From: Zygnema circumcarinatum SAG 698-1b
Lineage: Eukaryota > Plantae > Zygnematophyceae
DNA length: 64,000 bases
Assembly (NCBI GenBank): GCA_037447605.1
Contig: CM074822.1
Coordinates: 1,573,492-1,637,491, forward strand
Direction: 5' to 3'
The translations under genes were made by a program, and so were the position numbers. Numbering within the stretch: position 1 is the first letter of the stretch; each line of letters begins with the position of its first letter. Below are positions 35,491-49,000 of the stretch, piece after piece. Under the pieces are notes generated by a model. The model had not been told where the DNA came from, ran no database searches, and saw nothing but the letters and a program-made list of their open reading frames with translations.

Positions 35491-37104
35491 TGTTGATGTA
35501 TTGGGTACATCAAGGTGTTGGTACTTAGTTCCTAGCATGAATGTTGTCCGGGAGATCAATGTGCTGGTATAGGGACAATGTCATGCATGAACGGTCATGT
35601 TTGGTGTAGGACCGAACATGGGGGGTGCCCGTATCATTAGGGCACTGTACGGCAGGTCTAGGAATAGTCTAGGGTCGTAGGTTTGCGGCTTTGACTTAGA
35701 TCGAACCAAAGGGGGTGCGCGGAGTGCGCTTGGACGGATTGGAGCGCGGCCGTACGGACGGCGCGCGAATTGTACGGACGACGCGGAAGTTTGCGGACGC
35801 GGAGATTTGGAAGCGCGGGAGGCGGATTTGCGTGAAGCGACATGATTGGTCGCGACAGCACGCAAAACGCGGCGCATCTCTGAGCGTGACGTGACGCAGG
35901 GTTCGGCAATGTCGGTGGAGAACTTGTGAGATATTTGGAGTGCGCTGATTGGTTGCAGCGCGAGTGTGGAGTACGGAGCGCAAAGCGGCTGAGTGCGCCG
36001 CGAGTGCGCGGAGTACTGACGAGCGATTCTGATTGGTCGCGGCGCGAGCGCGAAACGCGGAGGGAGAAGTTGCGGCGCGGAAACGACAAGGGAATGTCGG
36101 CGGCGAATCGAGACGCGCCATGTGGACCACTCGCGGAGTGGGTTCGCTGGCTCGAGTGTACGGCAGAATGGTCGGCGGGCGAAGAATGCTACTGAGGGCT
36201 GGCGAAGCGGCGGAACTGTACGGATGGACAAGAACTAGGTCGGTGCCATCGTAGGTTTACGAGGCGCACTAGCTGGTCGCTAATTCTGAGTGCGCCCACT
36301 CAGCGGAATGCAAGGGCCGGTCCGTGACGTGACAATTGTGTCACGTCACATCGCCATGGTTGCTTAAGAGAGAGCAAGCTTGGCTCTCTCACTACTCAAA
36401 CTCACTAACTCAAGCTCAACTCTCTCTGAATGTAATGCTGCTCTGTCGTTGGTTGTTTAGGAAGAGCAAGCAGAGGTTGAGGCGTAGAGGAGTCCGGCCT
36501 TGTGTATGAAGGTCGTGAAGGAACTAGCTCTCATCATGCTAAGCTTTAGTGAAGAAGTTAGATGATGTGTCCCTCATGTGTTGAGGTAGAGGAGGAGTTC
36601 ATGGAGGCAGTAAGTGCTTGGCTACTGCAGTCGGGGTGTAGGCTATCAGAGAATAGGATAGCGCTCATGTGAGGAGGAGAATCTAGCATAAGGGATTATG
36701 TAGATTTCCTCAAAGAGCTTGTATTACACTCTTGAAGTTTAAGGAGTTTTATGGCCGTGGGCTTTCTCCTTATTACTGCATCATTTGTCATGTGAGTCCT
36801 CGTGTTGGATTGACGTGGTGGATGAGTGGAGGCAGCCATTGTATGGGCGGTGTGTTGCTCCACACGAGGAGATCATTGGAGGAGCGTGGACTTGAGGAGC
36901 CGAGACCATGGAGGAGTTGAAGTGTTCTTGTAGGTGACGCGTTTAGTTTTCCGCTGTGCGCACCTGGCAAGGGGTGGATGGAAGGCAGTTTGTGGAGGAA
37001 GCGGTATGTGGCCCAAGTGGAAGATGAAGAAAGTTTTGAGCTTCATCCGGGCATGTATTTATCCCTTCCTTGAAGTCTGCTCTCGGGCCCTCCTTGCACC
37101 AACA
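35491..37104 (+). mobile_element. Family A solo LTR
   Basis: Full 1614-bp LTR flanked by 5-bp TSD GATTT; no PBS. Confidence 0.92.
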
Positions 37105-37354
37105 GATTTTAGTCCAATTTTGGCCAAAACCATGCTGAAAATATTAGGGGGTGGTACTGTATATTAGGATGTACGGAGATTTTTCCATTGTAATACAACC
37201 GTACTAGGACTTATAGTAGACCCCCCCAATATTTTCGCCCTGACTTTGCCAAAAACCACTTTTTTGTACGGTAAGTCTGTGTTAGCCGTACTAGCCGTAC
37301 AGACCGTTTTAGCCGTACTCCACTAGCCTTATGAACTTACTGTACAGCAACTAC

Positions 37355-38196
37355 CAGGGTTCGTCAAATAGTGGATTTCGGCTTAAGATAAGGGACTGTC
37401 CCCTAAATTGGTTTTGTAAAAACGCGTAAATATGGACTTTACGAACAAAACCGTACACGTACGGACGAGACAGGAATACAGGAAGACAGGAATTGTTTGG
37501 GAGAAAGACGAGTTTCGAAAGAGGTTGACAGACTTTTCATTGGAAGGCATTCTTCATTGCAAACAGTTTGATAGTTTGACCGCTCTTCGAGGGTCTCTTT
37601 GAGTAGTTTGCATCACTTCTATAGCTGTCTTGTTCAGCCTAACACTTCTAAGGGAGTGGGAACATTTTTCATTTCATTTCTAATTTTAGTTCCTATTTCA
37701 GTTTTTTTTTTGTGACTACACCTAGAATTTCAGAGGTTATGATTTGGAATAGAGTTTTTGTAAGGAAATTTCAAGACTATGATGGATTCTAAAGTGGTAC
37801 TTGGAGTAATTAATGATGGAAGGAAAAGGAAATAGAGAGCTTAGGATTGTATTTACAAAGTTTTTGAGCAATTGGGTTTTTGAATAAGCAACTATATGTT
37901 GTGATTGCCAAATGCACAGTTGTTCTAATTGATTGGTAAAATTTACCAATCTATAAGAGTCGAAGAGGTTGCACCAGTTTCTAAAGCCGTGTTGTAATAC
38001 CAACAAGTAAAGTTCATGTACATCATTGTTATCGTGGTTGCAAATGCAATTCATTTCCTTTTTGTTTTTAACCAAAAAAATGCTTTTTTGGGGCTTGTGT
38101 GGTATTTAAGTTGAAATCACGTAAACTAATCTCAAAATCTTACATAAATAAGCTATTTACGATATTTAGGGGATCTCCCCTATTTGACGAACCCTG
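37355..38196. mobile_element. hAT-type non-autonomous element
   Basis: 17-bp TIR CAGGGTTCGTCAAATAG and perfect 8-bp TSD GCAACTAC. Confidence 0.85.
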
Positions 38197-38213
38197 GCAA
38201 CTACTGTACAGTA

Positions 38214-38346
38214 GGGGGTGTCAGACTTAACGAAATCTTACGAACAAAAAAGTTTTGTAAGTACTCCGCCGCGCCAGGATTGCGATGTCACCGAAGTACT
38301 CGTTCTGGTCTCAAACTTACGAACAATTTTTAAGTCTGACACCCCC
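38214..38346. mobile_element. MITE, same family as 114-270
   Basis: Same TIRs, TA flanks. Confidence 0.8.
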
Positions 38347-39129
38347 TAGTAGCCGTATTGACCGTACTGTACAAGCCTTCAGATCCGCCCTAGCCGTATT
38401 AGCCTTACTGTACTAAAAATACTAGCCGTACTAGCTGCACTAGCAGTTACGGGCTCAACGACTTCTTCTCGCACGGGCCGCCGTCAGAGGCGCTCGCTCC
38501 TCTTCTCTTCTTCTTGGCTTCGATACGGTAAGATACGATACGATACGTACGGGCAAACATTAACTCTAACCTAATACCGCCCGCCTAATGTTAACACGGA
38601 CATCCTTATATTTTCGCCCAATATTTGCCGAAACCATGGCGAAAATAATGGGGGGGTCTACTGTACTTCGACTAAGTACAGTATTGATGAGTAATCGTTC
38701 CCATGACAGGTTACTCGTTCTGAAAATGTATCTTGGCGTAGCTCTGACGGATTCTTGAAACTGGCGCGCCATAGAACAGACAACTGCCATTTGTCAAATG
38801 TGCCTTACCGTACTGTCCGGAGAACACGTAAACACCCTCCCCCGGCGCAGCGACAGCCCGCCACGTGCCTTCCCCACAAACGACATTAAAGTTCGTACAG
38901 CGACGTATTAAACTCCCTCTACGTCACTTCGAACTGTATCCGCAGTCCAACTGTCCAACTATGATTCGTACAATACTGACGTCACGTGAAGCTGGCTAGG
39001 TCCGCTTCGAATATAAAAAGTCAAGACCAGAATCCGCAAGAAAACAAAAGAACGCAAAGCGACAAATGGAGGTCCGCGGGGAGGGCACGGCGTCCCCCCC
39101 GACCAAAGCCCAGGGACACGTGCACCCCT

Positions 39130-40050
39130 TGGCAAGGGAGGGAGGGAGGGAGCGAGGGAGGGAGGGAGGGAGGGAGCGAGGGAGAGAGGGAGGGAGGGAG
39201 CGAGGGAGAGAGGGAGGGAGGGAGCGAGGGAGGGAGGGAGGGAGGGAGGGAGGGGAGGGAACGAGGGAGGGAGGGAACGAGGGAGGGAACGAGGGAGGGA
39301 GGGAGGGAGCGAGGGAGGGAGGGAGGGAGGGAGGGAGTAAGAGGGAGGGAAGGTGGCGAAGTGGTTAGCCAGTTAGGCAGACGCTTGTGAGCGAGGGAGA
39401 GCTGGTTAGTCAGTCAGTCGAGTTCAGAGACGAGGGCGAGGGAGCGCAATGGGCCGGCGATGGGTCGGATGGGCCGCGCTCGTCCTCCTCGTTGTAGGAT
39501 GCTGCGAAGCGGAAGGTGAGGGGAGGGGAGGACAGGAAGGGCGAGAGGGGGATGGGGGAAGGGGAGGGGGGGAGGCAGGGGGAATGGAGGGAGGGCTGGA
39601 GGGCAGGGAAGGGGGGAGGGGAGGGGAGGGGGAGGGGAGGGGAGGGGAGGGGGAGAGGGAGGGAGGGAGGAGGGAGGGAGGGAGGAGGGAGGGAACGAGG
39701 AGGGAGGGAGGGAGGGAGGGAGGGAGGGAGGGAGGGAGGAGCGAGGAGGGAGGGAGGGAGGGAGGGAGGGAGGGAGGGAGGGAGCGAGGGAGGGAGGGAG
39801 GGAGGGAGGGAGGGAGGGAGGGAGCGAGGGAGGGAGGGAGGAGCGAGGAGGGAGGGAGGGAGGGAGGGAGGGAGGGGAGGGAACGAGGGAGGGAGGGGAG
39901 GGAACGAGGAGGGAGGGAACGAGGAGGGAGGGAGGAGGGAGCGAGGGAGGGAGGAGGGAGGGGAGGGAACGAGGGAGGGAACGAGGAGGGAGGGGAGGGA
40001 ACGAGGGAGGGAGGGAGAGGGGTGGAGGGGGAAGGAGAAGGGAAGGGGAA
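39130..40050. repeat. GGGA/GAGG tracts in the leader and first intron of the lectin gene
   Basis: Low-complexity purine tracts either side of the signal-peptide exon. Confidence 0.8.
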
Positions 40051-43000
40051 GGCAAGGGGACCAAAGTATTGTCGATCAAATAATCTCTAAAACGGATAGG
40101 AGCCACGTCTTGACACCTAGTTCTTCGTGTGCGGCTTTGCAGCACTTGGTCCAACTCCGCCAAGCCCACCGCCTAACATTCTGAGAGGTAAAACGAGACG
40201 ACTGACTAGATGACTTCATTCGTAGCATTGGTCAGGGTTGGGGGGTGGGGAGGATAAGGGAGGGACAGTGAAGGAGGGCATGGGGGGAGGGGAGGATATG
40301 TAGATGAGGACAAGGGCAAGGGGGAAGGGGGAGGGAAGACGAGAGGGGAAATGTAGAGCATCGAAGAAACTGGAGGGGAGGGTGGAGAGAGGAGGAAGAA
40401 GTAAGGCTTGTGAAAGAAGGGAGAGAGTAGAGCACAGTTGAGGTAAATCCGAGTGGATGTGGAAAAAAAGTAAGGAATATTTGGAGAGGGTGTCATTCAA
40501 TGGAGAAATGAAAAGATCGTTAGGGGCGAAACGAAATAAAAAAGAGAGAACCGGGAAGATACACAACGAAAAGGATCAACGAGAAAGAAAAAATGGCGTG
40601 GTGGGCGTTATCGATTCAATAGAAAAGAAGGTAAAGACAGGAATGGGTGGTATTTTTAGACGTAGTTATCAAGAAAAAAGGATTAAGAGAGCCAATACAA
40701 AAGATGAGAATGAATTGAGGCAGTGCGGAGGGTACATGAGGGTGGACAGGAGACGGTTGGTACTGTAAATGCGTTACATTGGCATCACATTCAATGCGTG
40801 TGTGGTTATCATGTTTGAGTTGTATCTCCCCCAGTTGTCCCTCATATAAGTGAAATCGTGTGTTTGTGTGTTATTTTTTTTTCAACTGGAGATTGCAGAA
40901 AATCTGGCTCTCAATAAGCCCGCATTTCAGCCGAGTACTTTCTGGTACTGGACCGCTAATAGGGCAGTGGACGGCTACAACGGCAATGGCAGAGCAGATG
41001 CTGGACAAGATACATGCGCGGGTGTCGACATTCAACCTCCTATTTGGTGGAAGGTGGATTTAGTTCGTAGTGCAACAGTGGACACTGTTATGTTGTATGG
41101 GAGGACGGATGTCGCCCAAGGACTGATGAATGGAGTGCAGGTGTGGATCGGACTTAACAATGCCACGTGGAAAGGAATAGGGAACACAGAGTGCGACCCT
41201 ACTAATGTTTTTGTGTACGGCCCCACAAACAATGGCTTCCCCTTCGTCAAGAGGTGTTCCAACCTTGCCGGACGTTACGTTTGGGTGTACCTTCCAACCT
41301 ACACTTACCTCTTTCTATGCGAAGTAAAGGTTTATGGAACACCTCTAGGTATGTCTTGGATTGTGCGCCTTTTTTTCTTTGATCAAAAGCCTTGTCAACT
41401 ACTCTCTAAAAACGGCTAGGAACCACGCCTTCATACTTAGTACGTCGTGTACGGCTGTGCAGAAATTGGTCCACCACCGCCATCTCCACCTTCACCACCT
41501 CCGAGACCACCTCCGAGACCACCAAAACCTCCGACTCCTCCGAGAGGTAAGGGGGTGGAGGGAAGGGAGGGGAACACAAAGGGGGGGGGAAGGGCAGGGG
41601 GGGAGGGCANNNNNNNNNNGATCGTTACTAGCGAAACGAAATAAGAAAGAGAGAACCGGGAAGTTAAACCAAGAAAAGTATCCACAAGAGAGGAAACATG
41701 GGTTGGTGGGCGTAAACAAATTAAGAGAAAAGAAGGGAGAGCGAGATTCTTAGCCGTAGTAAGCAAGAAAAAAGAACTAAGAGAGCCATGGCAAAGAATG
41801 AGAATGAATTGAGGTAATGGGGATTATGAGGAGGGACAGGAGACGGTTGGTATTGGAAATGCGTTAGATTGGCAGCACATGCATTTCATGTGTATATCAT
41901 GTTTGAGATGTATCTCCCCCAGTTTTAGGGCTGCGTTGTTGAGCCTAGGCGTAGCTTTCCGCTCCTAGCTTTCTTTTTACTTTTCCCCTTTGGTCCTTTG
42001 TGACTATTCTTTTCGGTTCCTCATGATGATTTTGTCCCTGAACTTTTTGTGGTAGATGATGATGCTGCGGGTTGTACGGGCTATTGTACGGATATGTGTA
42101 CGGAAATTGTACGGATGTGAAGGATCGCATGTGTTTTGTGTTAATGCATCAAGTATGAATGTGCTATCTTCCTTCACACTTTTGATGGCTTTGCCATCGT
42201 GAGATCAATGTCCTTTTCCATTCCCCCCTGTTGTCCCTCACATGAGTGAAACCGTGTGTTTGTATGTAATTATAATTCAACTGGAGATTGCAGACAATCT
42301 GGCTCTCAATAAGCCCGCATTTCAGCCGAGTACTATCTGGGACTGGACTGCTAATAGGGCAGTGGACGGCTACAACGGCAATGGCAGAGCAGATGCTGGA
42401 GAAGATACATGCGCGAGCACATATTATGCAAGGTGGTGGAAGGTGGATTTAGTTCGTAGTGCAGTTGTGGACACTGTTTTGTTGTATGGGAGGACGGATG
42501 TCGCCCAAGAACGGATGAATGGAGTGCAGGTGTGGATCGGTGCTAACAATGACACTTGGAATGGAGAAGGAAACACAGAGTGCGACCCCACTAATATTTT
42601 TGTGTTCAGCCCCGCAAACAATGGCTTCCCGTTCATCAAGAAGTGTTCCTCTCTGGTCGGACGTTACGTTTGGGTGCACCTTCCAACCTACACTGACCTC
42701 ACCCTATGCGAAGTAAAGGTTTATGGAACACTTCTAGGTATGTCTTGGATTGTGTGCCTTTTTTCTTTGATCAAAAGCCTTGTCAACTACTCTCTAAAAA
42801 CGGCTAGGAACCACGTCTTGATACTTAGTTCTTCGTGTACGGCTGTGCAGTTGGTTCACCACCGCCATCTCCACCTTCACCACCTCCGAGACCACCTCCG
42901 AGACCACCAACACCTCCGACTCCTCCGAGAGGTAAGGGGGTGGAGGGAAGGGAGGGGAAGACAAAGGGGGGGGAAAGGGCAGGGGGGGAGGGCAAGGAGG

Positions 43001-46000
43001 GAGTGTAGAGGGTGGAGGGCTGGGGGGCAGGGCAAGAGGGGAGGGGAGAGGGAACACAGGATGGGAAAAGGTAGGACAGCGAAGAAACTGGAGAGGATAC
43101 TGGAGAGAGGAGGAAGGTGTGATTAAGTTTTGGGAAAGAAAAGAAAAGAGCAGAGCACAGAGAGACAGACCTCTTTTCAAGGAGGTCAAAAGTTAGGAAA
43201 ATATGGATAGACTGTCATTCAATGGAGAAGATGGAAAAGAGTGGAACGATCGTTACTAGCGAAACGAAATAAGAAAGAGAGAACCGGGAAGTTAAACCAA
43301 GAAAAGTATCAACAAGAGAGGAAAAATGGGCTGGTGGGCGTAAACAAATTAAGAGAAAAGAAGGGAGAGCGAGATTTTTAGCCGTAGTAAGCAAGAAAAA
43401 AGAACTAAGAGAGCCATTGCAAAGAATGAGAATGAATTGAGGTAATGGGGATTATGAGGAGGGACAGGAGACGGTTGGTATTGGAAATGCGTTAGATTGG
43501 CAGCACATGCATTTCATGTGTATATCATGTTTGAGATGTATCTCCCCCAGTTTTAGGGCTGCGTTGTTGAGCCTAGGCGTAGCTTTCCGCTCCTACCTTT
43601 CTTTTTACTTTTCCCCTTTGGTCCTTTGTGACTGTTCTTTTCGGTTCCTCATGATGATTTTGTCCCTGAACTTTTTGTGGTAGATGATGATGCTGCGGGT
43701 TATACAGACTATTGTACGGGCATTGTACGGACTGTTGTACGGATATTGTACGGGTTGTCGTACGGAAATTGTGCTGTTGTACGGACGGGTTTACGGAAAT
43801 TGTACGGGTGTGAAGGATCGCATGTGTTTTGTGTAAATGCATCAAGAATGAATGTGCTATCTTCCTTCACACTTTTGATGGCTTTGCCATCGTCAGATCA
43901 ATGTCCTTTTCCATTTCCCCCTGTTGTCCCTCACATGAGTGAAACCGTGTGTTTGTATGTAATTATATTTCAATTGGAGATTGCAGACAATCTGGCTCTC
44001 AATAAGCCTGCATCTCTGGAGAGTACTTTATCGGGGTACTTTACCGCTGATAGGGCTGTGGACGGCTACAACGNNNNNNNNNNCCTTTCCAGAGAGTGGT
44101 AAGTGGACGCGATGACTTCATTCATAGGAACGTCGTCATTTGGGGGCAGATGCGTTGTTCCAAACGAGGTTCTATGCATGCCGAGAATCAGAAGAAATGA
44201 AGGGACGGACAGAATAGGGCGGGATTTTGAGACGGAGTCAGCAAGAAAATAGGACTAGGAGAGAGCCACTGCAAAGGAAGAGAATGAATTGAGGCAGTGG
44301 GGATGAGAAGGGGGTGGACAGGAGACGGTTGGTACTGGAAATGCGTTACATAGGCATCACATTCATTGCGTGTATGTACATCATGTTTTATGTGTATCTC
44401 CCCCAGTTGTCCCTCACATGAGTGAAATCGTGTGTTTGTACCTAATTGTTTTCCAACTTGACATTGCAGGCAATCTGGCCCTCAATAAGCCCGCATTTAA
44501 GAGAGACCCCTATTACGAGCCCGCTGACCAGGCAGTGGACGGCAACACGGACACCTGCACGACGGTTGGCCTTAGTTATGGGCCACCAATTTGGTGGAAG
44601 GTGGATTTACTTGGTACTGCAGCGGTCACCAATGTTTTGTTGTATGGGAGGACAGATAGTAACCAAAAGGACATGAACGGAGTGCAGGTGTGGATCGGTC
44701 CTAACAAGGCCATGTTTAATGGAAATGGGAACAATGAATGCGACCCCACTAATGTTTTCTTGTACGGCCCCACAAGCAGGGGCTTCCCCTTCATCAAGAG
44801 GTGTCCCTCGCTGGTCGGACGTTATGTTTGGGTGTACCTACCAACCTACACTTTCCTCTTTCTATGCGAAGTAAAGGTTTATGGAAATTTTCAAGGTATG
44901 TCTTGGATTGTTTCAGACGGATGCATTCAGGAACTCCTCGATGCAAGTTTCTTTTCTTGATGCTGGTTATGACTTACATGAGTGCGCCTTTTTTCTTAGA
45001 TTAAAAGCCTTGTCGATCCATCACTCTCTAAAATGGCTAGGAAACACGTCTTCATACTAAGTTTGTCGTGTACGACTTTGCAGCACTTCGTCCACCACCT
45101 CCAAAGCCGTCACCTCCACCTCCACCTCCAAGCCCTCCTCCATCGCCACCTCCACCTCCATCTCCACCTCCACCTCCCAACCCACCGCCATCACCTCCAG
45201 AGAGAGGTGAGAGGACAAGATGACTTCATGTGTAGCAATGTGTTCAATGAGGGTCAGATGCGATGTACCTAAAGAGGTTCTATGCATGCCGCGCTGTACG
45301 ACCTTCTCCGTCAAACCTTGCACCTCGGTTGTGTCTTTTGCTTTTAAACGATTCCTTCTCATGGTGAAATTTAAATTTCTTATCACATTCCGAAAGAAAT
45401 CTGGTGAGGGTACATTCGTCGGAGTTCTAACGAAGTCATGTTGATCCTTGTTCATTTGTGCTCCAAATTTCATGTTTGGTCAATGACGATGATTGAGAAT
45501 CGAAGAGGCGGATGAAGGTGTTTGTTTGTTTAAGTCTGACTATTTCTTGTCGAGTAGTGTCTATGTATTTGGATGAGCTACACTTTGTTTTCAAGAGTTT
45601 GATTATCTTATTTTTGTGGATGAATAAATGAATTGCATTCGTCTTATATTTCACAATATGGTGATCGCATGTACATTTCTGCTTGTTGATATCTAATTAT
45701 TCTTCAACTGGAGTTTGCAGAAAATCTGGCACTACGTAAGCCCGCATTTCAGGAGGACGATTATTACGATTGCTGGTGCGATGGATTTGGGTCGGGGCTC
45801 TACTTGACCGCTGATTTGGCTGTGGACGGCAACGCCAATGGCAATCCTCATTTGGGAGGATGTTCGGAAACAAATAGTGGGAAGTGGTGGGGGGTGGATT
45901 TACTTCGTATTACAGTTGTGGACACTGTTGCACTGTATGGGAGAACAGATGGCTACATAAGCTTGGATGGAGTGCAGGTTTGGGTCGGTCTTAACGATAC

Positions 46001-49000
46001 CGCGTTCAATGGAGAAGGGAACACAGAGTGCGACCCCACTAATGTTTTTGTGTACGGCCCCACAAACAATGGCTACCCGTTCAACAAGAGGTGTGCCTCT
46101 TTGGTCGGACGTTACGTTTGGGTGTACCTTCCAAGTGGTGGTGGACTCACGCTATGCGAAGTAAAGGTTTATGGAACATATGCAGGTAGGTCTTGGATAA
46201 ACCCAGACGGATGAATTTAGGACCTCCTCGTTGTACGTCCCTTTTCTTGATGCCGGTTATGACTTAGATTAAGTTCCAAGTGTTAGACCCACTTCAGTTG
46301 CACCTTTCTTCCTCGCTGAATTTGGAATCGGCCCCCTTTGATTATCTGCGCGTCTGCTCGTTGTGAAACTGATGTGAGAGAGGTTGGTCGTTTTCGACAA
46401 GACGAGTGTTGCCTGGGAGTGAGAGAGAGGGAGAGGCGAAAACGAGCAAGGTAAACAGTGAAAGATAAAGAGGAGAAGAGAGTAGAGAAAAGGATAGATT
46501 TAGAGAGGAGAGAGGGAAGGGAGGGTTTGAGAGAGTGTGCAGTATCTGAAGTGGCTGCGGGCAGATGCAACCTATGCATCCAAGGAGAGCATCGAAGTGA
46601 AGAAGGATTAAAGCAAGAGCAAACTAAATTCCTAGAATGTAAATGCGGAGCAGTTGATGACAAGAGAAGCAAATTCTGAACATTTCTGGTCTCATCATTT
46701 TCGCTAGCGATGGCGATAGAAATTCTCGTTTCTTTTGTCTGTCGAACACAAACAAGCTCGTACATTTTTTCAGTTTTCCAAATTATTCCAGGTTTTTCCT
46801 TGTTTAATTCAAATTCTTGTCGATCAACTACTCTCTAAAACAGAAATGAGCCACTTCTTGATACTTACTTCTTCGTGTACGGCTTTGCAGACATTAGTCC
46901 ACCGCCCCCAAGCCCACTCCCCCCAAGCCCACCCCCATCACCTCCAGCTCCACCTCCACCTCCACCGTCTCCACCTCCACCTCCAAGCCCACCGCCTGGA
47001 ATTCTGAGAGGTAAAACGAGATGACTTCCAATGTAGCAATGTATTCAATGAGGGTCAGATGCGATTTTCCAAAAGAGGTTCGATGCATGCCGCGCTATAC
47101 GACCTTCTCCTTCAAACCTTGCACCTTGGTTGTGTCTTTTGCTTTCGAACGACTCTTGTCAAGTTGAAATCTAATTCTAGTGTCCCACTCCTGACGAAAT
47201 CTGAAGGGTGCATTCGTCGGTGTTCTGGCAAAGTCATGTTTATCCTTATTGAGTTGTGCTCCAAATTTCATGTTTGGTCAATGACGATGATTGAGAATCG
47301 AAGAGGCGGATGAAGATGTTTGTTTGGTTAAGTCTGACTATCTCTTGTCGGGTAGTGGTTGTGTATTTGGATGAGTTACACTTGTTTTTTGTGGATGAAA
47401 AATTTGCAATTCTGTTTCACCATAATGTGACCTCATGTATGCTTCTGTTTTTTGTATGTAATTGTTTTCCAACTGGAGATCGCAGACAATCTGGCTCTCT
47501 ATATGCCCGCATTTCAGCCGAGTACTTACTCTTACTGGACCGCTAATAGGGCTGTGGACGGCTACAACGGCAATGGCCATGCAGATAATAGAGAAGATAG
47601 CTGCGCTAGCACCACCACTGACATTGGGCCTCCAATTTGGTGGAAGGTGGACCTGCGTCATAGTGCAACGGTCAACACTGTTATGTTGTATGGGAGAACG
47701 GATGTCGCCCAAGAACGGTTGAATGGAGTGCAGGTGTGGATCGGTCCTAACAATGACAAGTGGAATGGAGCAGGGAACATAGAGTGCGACCCCACTAATG
47801 TTTTTGTGTATGGCCCAACAAGCGATGGCTTCCCCTTCATCAAGAGTTGTTCCTACCTTGTCGGTCGTTACGTTTGGGTGTATCTTCCAACCTACACTTA
47901 CCTCACTCTATGCGAAGTGAAGGTTTATGGAACATTTCAAGGTATGTTTTGAATTGTTTCAGACTGATGCATTCAGGAACTTTTCGCTGCAAGTTTCTTT
48001 TCTTGATGCCGTTTATGGCTTCGATTCGTGTGTGACTTCACCAAGAGAGGGAGAGAGAGAGAGGTTTCCAAAATTTCCAAAAAATTGGGAAAGTTTGTGC
48101 TTGGTATCTCGAACCTTCAGCGATGCATCAGTGTGGTTAAGCATGGTTGCAGGTCTCATTTTTGTTTTTTTTTTTCTGCAAAACTATGGCTCCATATGCT
48201 GACCCAAACTTCTTCATACACTTCACGTTGATTTAAGTTTCACCGTTTCTCTGTGTGGTGTTCAGCAAGTAGCACCCCAGCCAGTTTCTCCTACCCGACC
48301 TTTAACTCTGCAAGTAAAATACTTCGTCGATATTCAGCAAAGATCGTTCCGTGGAAATTGCAACTCACAAGAGAAGACAAGAATCTTACTGGAATCGGAC
48401 TCTATCAAAGTCCAATCGAAATTTTACGAGACAATGCGGCTGGGGGATGCCAAGAGGCTTCATTCAAGACGAAGTTCTCCTTTAATATTTCCAGCAGCAA
48501 TGCACGGACCGGCGATGGTCTCACATTTTTCCTTCTCACTTCAAATGCTGTGCTGGGTTATTTCGGACAATCTAGAGGTGGAGATCTTGGATACACGTAC
48601 AACTCAACATTAAAAAACTCGGTGGGGAGTGTAGCAATTACTTTCGATACCTATCAAAACGTCGATCTTGGAGAGCCTGCCAGCCGCTTCGTGGGCGTGC
48701 GTGAAAACTTTAAGAGAACCGCCAAGCTTCAAACCACAACTCTTCTCGATGATTTTTCCACCGTGAAGTATGCTTGGATTGAGTACGACGGCGCCTTGAA
48801 ACTATGGAGTGTGTACCTCAGTGACGCCGGAGATGTCAAACCCGCGAACCCGCTGCTGACGCACTCGGCGGCGCTTTGCAGCGTGTTGCGGCCAATCACG
48901 TGCGCCGCATGTGCGGGGCTGACGAATGCTTACGTCGGCTTCAGCGCCGCGACCGGGGGCGCGACAGCATATCACGAGATATTGAGTTGGGACTTTGAGA

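Larger units (their letters stand above)
37214..38663. mobile_element. Non-autonomous pogo/Tc1-like element hosting two nested MITEs
   Basis: Inverted termini (T/C)AGTAGACCCCCCCA(A/T)TATTTTCGCC flanked by TA; 38570-38630 is also similar to window bases 1-60. Confidence 0.6.

Noticed and set aside
39414-40184. Long Gly/Arg/Glu- or Pro/Ser/Leu-rich ORFs over GA tracts (also 53655-55442, 56053-56686, 60137-60835, 62179-63076)
   Set aside because: Low-complexity intronic or flanking DNA that lacks stop codons by composition
46270-46790. Insertion in a lectin intron as a solo LTR
   Set aside because: Extra sequence relative to the homologous introns is real, but I found no convincing termini or TSD, so it is left unclassified
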